Origin: Wolbachia endosymbiont of Litomosoides sigmodontis
Lineage (GTDB): Bacteria > Pseudomonadota > Alphaproteobacteria > Rickettsiales > Anaplasmataceae
Direction of reading: 5' to 3'
Assembly (NCBI RefSeq): GCF_013365435.1
Contig: NZ_CP046577.1
Coordinates: forward strand, 390,001-422,000
DNA: 32,000 bases
Shown here: one piece after another, positions 1 through 9,782 of the stretch
How positions within the stretch are numbered: the first letter of the stretch is position 1
How the letters are laid out: each line of letters begins with the position of its first letter
Notes under the pieces: generated by a model
What the model was told of the DNA's origin: nothing
The model's input: only the letters and a program-made list of their open reading frames with translations
Databases searched by the model: none
Made by a program: the position numbers and the translations under genes

Positions 1-509
1 CAGAGTCAATGGCACGTGTTGGTATTAATGTTTTAGGAATAGATGTATGTGGAGAAAACATAAAAGTGGCACAGTTACATGCAAAAAAAGTAGGGTTAGA
101 TATAGAGTACATACATACCAGTATTGAAGAGCTAGGCAATAACAAAAAATACGATGTGATTCTGTTGATGGAGGTAGTTGAGCACGTACATAATTTAGAA
201 CTTTTTATGAAAAAAGCAATAGAATTATTAAAACCAGAGGGATTAGTATTTATATCAACAATAAATAGAACTATTAAATCCTTCTGTCTTGCAATAATTG
301 GTGTGGAGTATATATTAAACTTGCTGCCGAAAGGTACGCATAATTGGAGTAAGTTTCTTAAGCCATCAGAGATTGCGAATCACCTAAGAGAAGGTAATGT
401 AACATTACAAGACATGGCTGGTATGGAATATAACGTAATAAAGAATGAATGGAATTTAACTAAAGGTGTGGACGTTAACTATATACTTTGTGGTGTGATG
501 AATAGTTAG
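1..509 (+). CDS. ubiG: 3-demethylubiquinone-9 3-O-methyltransferase UbiG, 5' end cut by window edge
   Basis: The ORF runs open from the window edge in frame 3. It carries class I SAM-MTase motifs (VLGIDVCGENI, DVILLMEVVEHV, LKPEGLVFISTINRT) and the UbiG-typical GTHNWSKFLKPSE segment. Confidence 0.85.
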   Translation, partial: ESMARVGINVLGIDVCGENIKVAQLHAKKVGLDIEYIHTSIEELGNNKKYDVILLMEVVEHVHNLELFMKKAIELLKPEGLVFISTINRTIKSFCLAIIGVEYILNLLPKGTHNWSKFLKPSEIANHLREGNVTLQDMAGMEYNVIKNEWNLTKGVDVNYILCGVMNS

Positions 510-1077
510 ATTTTATTCTAAAAATGCCGTCTTTTTTCCAAAGTGGTAAAGAAGGATCAGCATGTTTTTCTTATTATTTAGAGACTAATCTAGGAATATA
601 GTCTACTCTACACTTTCTATTTTTTGTATCATTTGTTCCTCATAGAGGCAGTAAATCTAAAACATGCTAAGCGAGAAAAGTGTAGGCCAAGGGCATTTTT
701 CCAAGTATTGCAAGTAAGCTTGCACTGAATTATTACTATTGTAAAAAGTAGTTTACTATTTCATGAATGTAGTTTACTACATTACATATTATATCTATTT
801 CTCGTCAGCTTGAGTATCAAATATATCGGAGAGAATCAGAACTATGAATAGGATAAACAGGGAAATTTACCTTTATTCTTGTTATGATTTTCAATTTTGC
901 ACTTAATTATCTCTTATTTCAATTAAGTTTTAATAAATAGCTTTTTTGAAAAGATTATATTAAATACGCTTAGCAGCTTTTCTCTATCATAAATCCGTAT
1001 AACTTGCAATGAGAAAAATCAGTAGCTTATTGATTTTTATCGTAGTGTGGATACAATAGAGCTTTAGGCACTAGATA

Positions 1078-2700
1078 ATGGAGCAATTCGAAAATTTTTA
1101 TATCACCACGCCAGTATATTACGTAAACGACAAGCCACACATTGGTCACGCATATACTTTCCTTATCTGTGATGTTACAGCCAGGTTTATGAAGCTAGCT
1201 GGAAAAAATGTTAAACTTACTACCGGTACAGACGAACACGGGCAAAAAATTGAAAAAGCAGCTAGAGCAAGGGGAATGCATCCAAAAGAATTTACAGATG
1301 AAGTAAGCGTTTTGTTTAGGGAATTAGCTGAGTTAATGAATTTTCAATATGATGATTTTATTCGCACCACAGAAGAACGTCACAAGAAAGCGGTTATAGC
1401 TTTATGGGATAGGCTTGAAAAAAGAGGGCAAATATATCTAGATTCCTATTCTGGTTGGTATTCAATCCGTGATGAGGCATTTTATCAGGGATCAGAGCTG
1501 ATAGATGGCAAAGCGCCAACAGGTGCTGAGGTTGAATGGGTAAAAGAAGAAAGTTACTTTTTTCGTCTGTCGAGTTGGCAAGATAAATTGCTAGAACTAT
1601 ATAAAAACCAGCCAAATTTTATCTTTCCTAAAAGTAGAAAAAATGAAGTAATATCGTTTGTAAAATCAGGACTGACTGACCTTTCAATTTCTCGCACCAG
1701 TTTTAACTGGGGAATAAAAGTGCCAGGAAATGACAGACACATAATCTATGTCTGGATAGATGCATTAACTAATTATCTTGCATCAATAGGTTTTCCTAAC
1801 ACGGAAAATGAAGAATATAAAAAATTTTGGGTAGAATCACAGTCTGTTATTCAAGTGGCCGACACTGAGGTCAAGAAGGAAATAAAGATTTCAACATCGC
1901 GCGCTGGGATGACATCAAATCTAGCTAATAACTCCTTTAACGTTCATGTAATTGGTAAAGACATATCACGCTTTCATGCTGTATATTGGCCAGCAATTCT
2001 CCTTGCAGCAGATTTGCCACTGCCAAAGCAAATTGCAGTTCATGGTTGGTGGTTAAATGAGGGGAAGAAGATATCCAAGTCTCTCGGTAATATTATAGAT
2101 CCAATCAGCTTAGTTAAAGAGTTTGGTGTTGATCAGCTGCGCTATTTTCTCCTGCGGGAAGCAATCTTCAGCCAGGATGGTAATTTCAGTAAGAAGAACA
2201 TGATCAGCCGAATAAATTCAGAACTTGCGAACGATATAGGTAATTTAGTGCAAAGAACAATTTCATTTTTACATAAACAATGCTTTGGAGTTGTACCAAT
2301 GATTGACCAAAGCTTACTTAAAGGTGAGGAAAGTCTTCCAAATTATAGAGCTATATTTGATCAAGTAATGGATCATTTATCAAAGTATGAATTTAACCAT
2401 ATTATATTTCTGATTATTAACATTTCTTCCGAAGCTAATGCTTATATAGATAAAAGAGCACCATGGATACTGAACAAAACTGACAGGGAGCGTATGAATC
2501 TAGTAATCTATAAACTACTGGAATATATCAGGATAATTGGTATTCTATTGCAGCCAATTGTCCCGAAGTCAGCAGAGATAATACTCGACCAATTGCAAAT
2601 CCCAAAAGGGCAACGAGATTTTAAATCTATGTGCGACGCGTGCGTAAATTCAGGTACTACATTACCTAAACCTACGCCGGTTTTTCTGAAGATTAAGTAG
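1078..2700 (+). CDS. metG: methionyl-tRNA synthetase (short type) carrying an in-frame ~36-aa insertion
   Basis: Has the HIGH motif (KPHIGHAYT), the KMSKS motif (KISKSLGN), GKDISRFHAVYWPA, and the anticodon-binding C-terminal half. The ORF is intact at 540 aa. Confidence 0.95.
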   Translation: MEQFENFYITTPVYYVNDKPHIGHAYTFLICDVTARFMKLAGKNVKLTTGTDEHGQKIEKAARARGMHPKEFTDEVSVLFRELAELMNFQYDDFIRTTEERHKKAVIALWDRLEKRGQIYLDSYSGWYSIRDEAFYQGSELIDGKAPTGAEVEWVKEESYFFRLSSWQDKLLELYKNQPNFIFPKSRKNEVISFVKSGLTDLSISRTSFNWGIKVPGNDRHIIYVWIDALTNYLASIGFPNTENEEYKKFWVESQSVIQVADTEVKKEIKISTSRAGMTSNLANNSFNVHVIGKDISRFHAVYWPAILLAADLPLPKQIAVHGWWLNEGKKISKSLGNIIDPISLVKEFGVDQLRYFLLREAIFSQDGNFSKKNMISRINSELANDIGNLVQRTISFLHKQCFGVVPMIDQSLLKGEESLPNYRAIFDQVMDHLSKYEFNHIIFLIINISSEANAYIDKRAPWILNKTDRERMNLVIYKLLEYIRIIGILLQPIVPKSAEIILDQLQIPKGQRDFKSMCDACVNSGTTLPKPTPVFLKIK

Positions 2701-2753
2701 AGATTGCATAATATGCCTTGTTATGGGAAAAACGTGAGGCAAATAGCTTGTAT

Positions 2754-3365
2754 CTAATGGGATATAACTTTTGTTGCTTGACCAGCAAGCCAATTAACTG
2801 CGCTTACTGCTTGATTAAAATAACCATTAACTTTAGTTCCTTCTTCAGTTGGCTGATTTTCTGTGTTAAGAACCTCAGTATTTTGACTTTGTGCATCAAA
2901 ATATAATTCATCTTCTAAATCATTTAAATTTCTAGAAGTTGCAAGATCTAAAAAATCTAAACTATTAGCATGTTTCTCTTGTTTACTAGAATGAATCTCA
3001 AGATCTAAGTAGTTCAAATTTCCCTCTTCTTTAGATGATTGTTCTTGCTTATTAACAAGACGAGTTTTCTGTTCTGCAGCCCTTTCCTTTTGAGCCTGCA
3101 CTAAGCTATCTTTCTTAGCAGGTTTAGCATCTTTCTCGGAAATGGTGTTGTTTTTACTAATTGCTGCAGATGAAAGTGCAATAACTATAGTGGAATATAC
3201 AGTGCTACCAATAATAAGTGGAAGGACAACACTTAACGCTGCGACTGGAGCTGAGAAAGCAACATAAGGAGACACAGTAAATACTCCTAGTGTTAGTAAA
3301 GCTCCAATAGCCAAAGCACTACCTACAAGATAAGGTGCACTAGTTTTTTTAAATATATTTTTCAT
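2754..3365 (-). CDS. hypothetical membrane protein with an N-terminal bilobed hydrophobic domain and an acidic C-terminal tail carrying a repeated LxxLDL-type motif
   Basis: I start the gene at the ATG at 3365 (MKNIFKKTSAPYLVG...). The 48-codon upstream extension in the ORF track (to 3509) lies in IS-derived AT-rich sequence. Two adjacent hydrophobic helices cover roughly aa 10-68, followed by a K/E/Q-rich and acidic tail. I recognise no homolog. Confidence 0.55.
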   Translation of the reverse strand: MKNIFKKTSAPYLVGSALAIGALLTLGVFTVSPYVAFSAPVAALSVVLPLIIGSTVYSTIVIALSSAAISKNNTISEKDAKPAKKDSLVQAQKERAAEQKTRLVNKQEQSSKEEGNLNYLDLEIHSSKQEKHANSLDFLDLATSRNLNDLEDELYFDAQSQNTEVLNTENQPTEEGTKVNGYFNQAVSAVNWLAGQATKVISH

Positions 3366-3371
3366 TATATA

Positions 3372-4095
3372 CCTCACTAAAATAATTAGTATGTTATTAA
3401 GATAATAGCACAAATAAATAGATAGTGTCAAATTTATTAACAAGCTAATAAATTGCAGTGATAGTATTAAAGTCAAAATTATTAGATTAAAAAGTCGTGA
3501 AATCAACAAAAGAAATGCTGAAAGAAGTATAAAATAACAGATAATGTTGTAAAAAACTAATGGATAGAATACCTAAAATTTAGAAGATTAGCTTGAATAT
3601 CAGTAGGTCTACAGTACATCGTAATATGTAAAAAAAGTTATTCATCTTTGATGAATATAGTTTATACACATTCAAAAATTGGACATTGGTAATTTTAAAA
3701 GGGCATTAAAACGCAGGTTAAAGTAAAATTAGGTAGATAAAAAAAATTTTACCTCTACAGTACAGTAGATCCTAAAAATAGAGAGAGTTCTACTTTATTT
3801 ACGCTTAATATCAACACCGATTATATGAATATATTTCTTGAATAAATGTCACAATATTTAAGAGCGCAGGAAGTTTTTCTTATCATAGATTGTGTACTTA
3901 GTATAAGTTGAAAAATTTAAAGGTACCTAAAATATCTAGGTTATATACCCATCACCATACTTACCAGAGCTTAATTCCATTAAGAGATTTTGGGTTGTAC
4001 ATAAAACAGAACATTTTGCGTAATAAAGTCTATAATAAAATTAAAACTTAGTTTCATATTGACAATTGACATATCTACAACGACTGCTAGGTTGA
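3372..4095 (+). mobile_element. IS630/Tc1-mariner-family element remnant (copy A), transposase pseudogenised
   Basis: Frame-broken translation gives FYLYSTVDPKNRESSTLFTLNINTDYMNIFLE (3747-3845), LIIDC..., LKVPKNI-like sequence and PYLPELNSIKRFW (3955-3993). These correspond to the IS630 DDE region (FYLYGAV, IIDNA, YSPELNPIERFW). There are multiple stops and frameshifts, and the boundaries are approximate. Confidence 0.65.
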
Positions 4096-4214
4096 TGATA
4101 TTTTCGCGATACTTTTACTTTCTTTTTCTGCTGAGTAAGGTAATACCAATGTGGTGTTCACACCACTAAAGTAAGCGCTGTTACTATCATATATCTGTTG
4201 AATTTTTTTTATTA

Positions 4215-4405
4215 CCTATAGCTTCACTTTGATCAGATTAAGCTTTGTCAACTTGTATTCTAATTTTAATGAAAAGCAACCGTTAAGTTAGTTTTTATGT
4301 AATAAGCAAATAAATCTTGAAGCACGATTTAAAATCTCCATGCAACATGTGCATAAATTCAAACATCATACTACCTAAACCTAAATTTTTTTGAGAGTTA
4401 ATGCT
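4215..4405 (+). pseudogene. decayed duplicate of the 3' end of metG (ghost copy)
   Basis: 4326-4394 translates to DLKSPCNMCINSNIILPKPKFF*, compared with the live metG C-terminus DFKSMCDACVNSGTTLPKPTPVFLKIK*. Upstream matches to metG 2530-2620 include gatcagattaa/tatcaggataa, gtattcta and aagttag/aagtcag. Identity is about 70% by hand alignment over the best 46 nt, and the differences are mostly G/C to A/T. Confidence 0.6.
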
Positions 4406-4906
4406 TTAATAAGCATTAATGAACCACTAAGCTTATATCTGTACGAACATTGCAATTTGTAGGTAGTTTATATGACACTTTACTAATAAAGAGTGCTTTT
4501 GTAATTGCAACATTGTATAACCAAGATTACCTTAGTTAAAATATTAAAGAAAATCTACCAAACGGGAAAAGGCAAACGTTAATATCCTATACACTCGACA
4601 AGTAGCTAACCTTTGGATTATAAATAACTACAATTTCATGAGTTAAGCAGAATAAAGCATCACGTCTAATTTAATACTGTGCTTTTATTACTTGAACAAC
4701 GATTGAAGATAAATTTTATGTCTAAAAACCATATTTCTATAATAAATGGATTGGTAAGGTTGATTAAGTGGTTTTTTGCATTTCTGTGAGTTGCTTGAAT
4801 TTTTAAAATCGCCAATGTTAATTATGCGAACTTTCATAAAAATAGGCTTGGGCATTTTCAACTTTTGTTTATATACTAAGTCAAGATGCTTATTTTCAGC
4901 ACATAG

Positions 4907-6244
4907 ATGGATATAGTAAAGTCTATTTTATTACTACCAACGATATTACTAATACTAGTCGCTAGTGTTTACCTATCAATTAGGCTAAAGTGGTTGCAAA
5001 TATTTAGGTTGCCACATGCCTTTTCATTTATTGGAGTTAAGAAAGGGGAAAATAAATTTTCCTCTATAGCTGCCCTATTTACAATCTTAGGAGGAAATTT
5101 AGGAGTTGGAAATATTTCAGGAACTGCTGTTGCTCTAAAAACTGGAGGACCTGGTTCTATTTTGTGGATGGTGATAATTGTTGTTATTACTTCTGTGATA
5201 AAATATATCACTTGTTACCTGAGTATAAAGAACAGAAAGAAAAAGAATGGAAGGTTTATAGGTGGCCCTATGGCCTATATGGCTGATGCATTTAATTCTA
5301 GAAAAGCTACAGTTATATTTCTAGTTATTATGATGATGGTTTCAACAACCGTTGGTAACCTTGTTCAGGTAAATTCTTTGTCAATACCACTTGATATGAT
5401 AGATGTGCCTGTGGTTACTGGTGGGATTATAATGGCCATAATATTTTTTGTTATTTCAGCTCTCAGCTTAAAGAAAACTAAAATTTTCATATCTGCTATG
5501 ATACCGATAATGACGGTAAGTTACCTCACACTTTGCAGTATTATATTATTTAAATTTAATGAAAATATTCTTCCTTCTCTAAAGCTAATAACAAGCAGTT
5601 TTTTTACAACTAGTAGCTTCAATTTTGGTTTATCTTTAGGTTTAGTTTCAGAAACGTTAACTATTATTCAAGTAGGAACTTTGCGAGGTATTTTTGCAAC
5701 AGACATAGGGCTTGGCCTTGAAGGAGTTGTACACTCTTCAATTGTTCCTAAGAAAAATAATAATAAATTTGTTATCGAACAGAGTTTAATCACGATAATA
5801 TCACCTTTTATAGTTGCATTCATAGTATTTATTACAACGATGGTACTGCTTGTTACAGATTCTTGGGTTACTAATTTAGAGAGTACTAACATGTGCATAT
5901 TTGCTTTTAGAAAAGTAATAAATTGGCCTTGTATTGACTATCTAATTATGGCCATAATGTTTTGTTTTGCTTTTACTACTATTTTCACCTGGTTTTTTTG
6001 CTCGAAGCAGACAATACGTTATGTATTTCAAAATGATAAATACACTAAAATCTGGATTGTAATTTTCACTGCGGTTATTCCACTTGGTTCAATAGGTAAA
6101 GTTCAGTTGCTATGGGATGTTGCCGATATTTCGATCGCTGCTTTATTGTTTATTAATATATTAGCTATACTCAAGCTGACTTCTCGAGATCCGGAAGTGT
6201 TCACTGTGAGCAGAAGGTATCTGAAGTTGAGTCAGCGTTCTTAA
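4907..6244 (+). CDS. sodium:alanine symporter family (AGCS) amino-acid carrier
   Basis: Has the AGCS signature region FSSIAALFTILGGNLGVGNISGTAVALKTGGPGSILWM and a polytopic membrane profile. The ORF is intact at 445 aa. Confidence 0.85.
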   Translation: MDIVKSILLLPTILLILVASVYLSIRLKWLQIFRLPHAFSFIGVKKGENKFSSIAALFTILGGNLGVGNISGTAVALKTGGPGSILWMVIIVVITSVIKYITCYLSIKNRKKKNGRFIGGPMAYMADAFNSRKATVIFLVIMMMVSTTVGNLVQVNSLSIPLDMIDVPVVTGGIIMAIIFFVISALSLKKTKIFISAMIPIMTVSYLTLCSIILFKFNENILPSLKLITSSFFTTSSFNFGLSLGLVSETLTIIQVGTLRGIFATDIGLGLEGVVHSSIVPKKNNNKFVIEQSLITIISPFIVAFIVFITTMVLLVTDSWVTNLESTNMCIFAFRKVINWPCIDYLIMAIMFCFAFTTIFTWFFCSKQTIRYVFQNDKYTKIWIVIFTAVIPLGSIGKVQLLWDVADISIAALLFINILAILKLTSRDPEVFTVSRRYLKLSQRS

Positions 6245-6289
6245 CAAAAATAAAGCTAGAAACTGCCTAGTTGTCTTCATATTTATTAC

Positions 6290-7010
6290 TTGTGTAATTC
6301 TTGTTATTATGTTAATAGCACAGACTTTTTATAAAAAATTAACCTATTTTCATAATAGTGCCTAGCTAAAGCTAAAAAGCCAAAGGGTTATTAGTGAAGA
6401 GAGGAATATGAAAATTAAAAGCACACAATGGAAGTAACGCATATGTTTAAAAAACTAAATGCTGTAATTGCAGCAAAAAAGTACAGTATAGTACCCAGTG
6501 GCAAAAATATGTTCTATTTCAAGAGTAGAACTAACTTTATAGATAAAATACGTCAAGTTTAGAAGAGAAAAAAATTGTTTACTACTTGGAGTATATGTGC
6601 AAAATCAGCAAGTTTACAAGTACACCTTAAAAATGAAGTTTTTGTGTATTTACGTCAAGATCAATTCATATTAATGAATCACGGATTGGCACACATTCAG
6701 AAGTTGAACACATGTGGTTTAAAAAGGGTGTTAGATATAGGTTGAAGTAAAAAATTAAGTGGTAGAAAGAATTTTTATTTCTACAGTGCAGTTAATTCTA
6801 GAAATGGAGGGAATTCTAGCTTATTTATAGCAAATATTAACGCTGATTGTATGAATATATTTTTTGAACAGTAAATTTGCTAGTTGGCATGAGCTAGAAA
6901 ATTTAAAGGTACCTAAAATATCGAAGATTGTATATCTACTACCACACTTACTCGTCAATTCTAACTTAAGGGCACTTTATATAAATTTATTGCCTCTTCA
7001 ATATAATTTT
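6290..7010 (+). mobile_element. IS630-family remnant (copy B, plus orientation), internally deleted
   Basis: Collinear with copies A and E, sharing blocks such as aaaaaactaaatgctgtaattgcagcaaaaaag, ggttgaagtaaaaaattaagtgg, tttctacagtgc, gattgtatgaatatatttt and aatttaaaggtacctaaaatatc. The track ORF 6864-7091 is its frame-broken 3' part. Confidence 0.6.
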
Positions 7011-7014
7011 TCTA

Positions 7015-7275
7015 TGACGTTGAAAGAGGGGGAGCTGGTAATTTTTCTCCTCTTCCAAATTTTAACAGTTAGTGCTATTCTTGAAATGTAACATGTTTTT
7101 GCTACTGGTTATTATACTGTACTTTTTTAGTTTTTTTCAACATGTACGTTATTTCACGCTTTCTTTAGCATTTCTTTTGTTGATTTCATAACTTTTTCAT
7201 CTAATAACTTTTGTTTTAACACTATTTAAACTTTGCTATTATTGTCTATCAATTTCTTGTATAGTAAAAATTAGT
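7015..7275 (-). mobile_element. IS630-family 5'-half fragment in inverted orientation, abutting copy B
   Basis: The reverse complement reads ...atacaagaaattgatagacaataatagc...attagatgaaaaagttatgaaatcaacaaaagaaatgc...aaaatttggaagaggagaaaaatt. This matches the 5' region of copy E (27420-27720). Confidence 0.5.
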
Positions 7276-7309
7276 ATTAGATATCCTTCATCTTAATTAA
7301 TTTAAATAA

Positions 7310-7340
7310 GTTACGCAAGGGGATTCTGTTGCATAGTAAC
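7310..7340 (-). terminator. candidate stem-loop downstream of the MFS transporter gene
   Basis: On the minus strand gttacTATgcaa-cagaatcccc-ttgcgtaac forms a 9-bp stem with a 3-nt bulge, followed by A/T-rich sequence, about 85 nt after the stop codon. It has no clean U-tract. Confidence 0.3.
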
Positions 7341-7422
7341 TAGTAAAGAGAGTAAAGATGGAGTGGAAGAAAATGTTCAAACCGCGTACATTGGTGCAGT
7401 GTAGTGGTAAAGTCTATTACCA

Positions 7423-8628
7423 TCAGCTATTCAAGTATTCTTCAGCATATTTAAGTAAGAAGTATATAAGAATTGCGATTGTAGAACATATAACTGTCAG
7501 TAGTAAATTTGATAAAACTCCATAAGAAAAGAATTTTCCCACTATATATATTCCGATAGTTCCAAACATCATATTGCAGAATGAGAGGACTGCACTACCT
7601 AGACCTATGCCTCTGATAGTTTCTAATGCAGAGGTTACGTTATTGCTTATTATCAATGCAAGTCCAATATTGTTTGGAACCCAAAATATTATGAGGGTGG
7701 ATATGTTTAATTTATCTATTAGATAAAGATATATTAGCGAACAGTCAGACATTATTGGTAATACTAAACCTATCATTAACATCCTGCTAACTCCTACCTT
7801 CGGGATATATCTTCTGTTAATTAAAGTTCCGATTATGTAAAATATGACTATGATTGATATAAAATAACCGAAATTTCGCACATCAATGCCCATAGATTCA
7901 AATATGAAAGGATAGTTAGCAATATATGCCCAGAGCCACATGAAAGTTAATCCATGAATAGCTGAAAATCCAAGAAAACGGTAATTCCTAAATATTGATA
8001 TATATTGCTTAGAGACATCAATAATTATATTAGTTATGCTAATCTTAGCTCTATTAATATTGAGTGTTTCTTGTAACTTAAAGTAGATAAATGTAAGCAT
8101 AATAATTGCTGCTAGTGATATGATAAAAAACAAAAATTTCCAGTGATAACCATGTGAAATCATATGACTACCTATCACTGGAGCGATTCCAGGTGAAAGT
8201 GCTACTATCATATTTAACTTTGAAATTACCCTTGAGTATTCACTACCAGAGTACATATCCCTTATTGCTGCGTATCCAACAACACCTGTAACCCCAGCTC
8301 CTACCCCTTGTATAAAGCGAATTAGTATTAAGAGCACAATGTTATCAGCTATGTAACATGCAATACTTGCTAAAGTAAAAATTGTCATACCAATCAGCAT
8401 TACTGGACGTCTACCATAATAGTCAGATAATGGACCATAAATTAATCCAGACATCGCAAATCCAACTAAATTTAAACTAATTGTAAGTTGTACTACATGA
8501 CCTCCTACCTCAAAATAATTGGCAATACTTGGTAGTGCAACTGAATACAGGTCAGTTGCCATATCGACAATTGCTACAGAAAGTATCACGATAAGAGAGA
8601 TGATCTTCTGTGGAAGAATTATTACCAC
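7423..8628 (-). CDS. bcr: MFS transporter, Bcr/CflA drug-resistance subfamily
   Basis: N-terminal DMATDLYSVALPSIANYF, the MFS motif A GPLSDYYGRRPVMLIGM, RFIQGVGAG, and a 12-TM profile. The start is GTG at 8628. Confidence 0.85.
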   Translation of the reverse strand: MVIILPQKIISLIVILSVAIVDMATDLYSVALPSIANYFEVGGHVVQLTISLNLVGFAMSGLIYGPLSDYYGRRPVMLIGMTIFTLASIACYIADNIVLLILIRFIQGVGAGVTGVVGYAAIRDMYSGSEYSRVISKLNMIVALSPGIAPVIGSHMISHGYHWKFLFFIISLAAIIMLTFIYFKLQETLNINRAKISITNIIIDVSKQYISIFRNYRFLGFSAIHGLTFMWLWAYIANYPFIFESMGIDVRNFGYFISIIVIFYIIGTLINRRYIPKVGVSRMLMIGLVLPIMSDCSLIYLYLIDKLNISTLIIFWVPNNIGLALIISNNVTSALETIRGIGLGSAVLSFCNMMFGTIGIYIVGKFFSYGVLSNLLLTVICSTIAILIYFLLKYAEEYLNS

Positions 8629-9083
8629 TTAATGATTCGCTTGAGTACAGAAATCTTATTATAATATATTTTCTTTATTAGTACATTAATTTAACCACCT
8701 GATTTTAAAATACCTTTGTCGTTCAAGTGGTCTAGTTTTTTAAGTTTAACAAGAACACCTAAGTTAGAAAATAATATAGAAAAGTTAGTATATAAAGTAT
8801 ATCTAATGTTTTATGAAGTAATTTAAATCTTCTATGCTACTTAAGCTTAGTATGCATGGTTCATCAAGATTTATCTTGCTCAAGAGTAGAGAATTTTTTA
8901 CTTATTTCAATAGAAAATTTTAGGTGTGCTTGAATTTTATAATAGCATAGCCCAAAACTGGGTATGATATTGAAGGACATAATTAAAAATTAAGAAAGTA
9001 TTCTAGTAATAGAATTACTGGATGTATTTTTATGATAATGGTTCAATAACTTTATGCAATGTTTAATAAAAATTAAGAAAGGT

Positions 9084-9782
9084 ATGAATAAGTCAGAATT
9101 AGTTAAGAAGGTTTTTGATTCTGTGGCAAATTATTACGATATCATGAACGATATAATGAGCCTAGGAGTACACAGACTATGGAAGAATAAGATGGTAAAT
9201 AGCGTGCCTTTTACAAAGGGCTCTAAGGTTCTAGATGTAGCTGGGGGAACAGGAGACATAGCAATAAGAATAGTAAGAAGAGAGCCGAGTGTCCAGGTTA
9301 CAGTATGTGACATAAATCAAAACATGCTAAGTAAAGGACGTAATAAAGCTATAAACTCAAATCAGCTTAATTTTAGTTGGGTGCATGCAAGTGTGGAAAA
9401 TTTGCCATTTAAAAACTCTGAGTTCGATTATTGCACAATAGCTTTTGGTATTCGAAACGTTTCCGATCGCAAAAAAGCTTTAAGTGAGATGTATAGAGTA
9501 CTAAAACCCAATGGACAATTTATCTGCTTAGAATTTGCTCCTATGCACTATCAAGACAGGATATTTACTAAACTTTATGACTTATATTCACTCAAAGTAA
9601 TTCCTAAGATTGGCAATGTAGTTGCTAAAGACAAGAGCTCTTATGAATATTTAGTGAAGAGCATCAGAAAGTTTCCAGCTCAGACTGAATTCAAAATGGA
9701 AATTGAAGAGGTGGGCTTTAAGAAAGTTGAATCTCATAATATAAGTTATGGAATAGTGGCATTATATATTGGAACAAAATGA
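9084..9782 (+). CDS. ubiE: ubiquinone/menaquinone biosynthesis C-methyltransferase UbiE
   Basis: Has [42 protein letters not shown] and [13 protein letters not shown] prefer the ATG at 9084 ([11 protein letters not shown], preceded by aagaaagg). The track ORF starts at 9054. Confidence 0.9.
   Translation: MNKSELVKKVFDSVANYYDIMNDIMSLGVHRLWKNKMVNSVPFTKGSKVLDVAGGTGDIAIRIVRREPSVQVTVCDINQNMLSKGRNKAINSNQLNFSWVHASVENLPFKNSEFDYCTIAFGIRNVSDRKKALSEMYRVLKPNGQFICLEFAPMHYQDRIFTKLYDLYSLKVIPKIGNVVAKDKSSYEYLVKSIRKFPAQTEFKMEIEEVGFKKVESHNISYGIVALYIGTK

Noticed and set aside
3366-3509. 48-codon N-terminal extension of the 2754-3509 ORF
   Set aside because: The extension is Ile/Leu/Asn-rich translation of IS630-derived AT-rich sequence. 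A proper ATG (MKNIFKK...) at 3365 precedes the hydrophobic domain.
6864-7091. 75-aa ORF
   Set aside because: It is a frame-broken translation of the IS630 remnant (LKVPKISKIVYLLPHLL corresponds to LKVPKNI..YLPPYSP) running into the inverted fragment, so it is not an independent gene.
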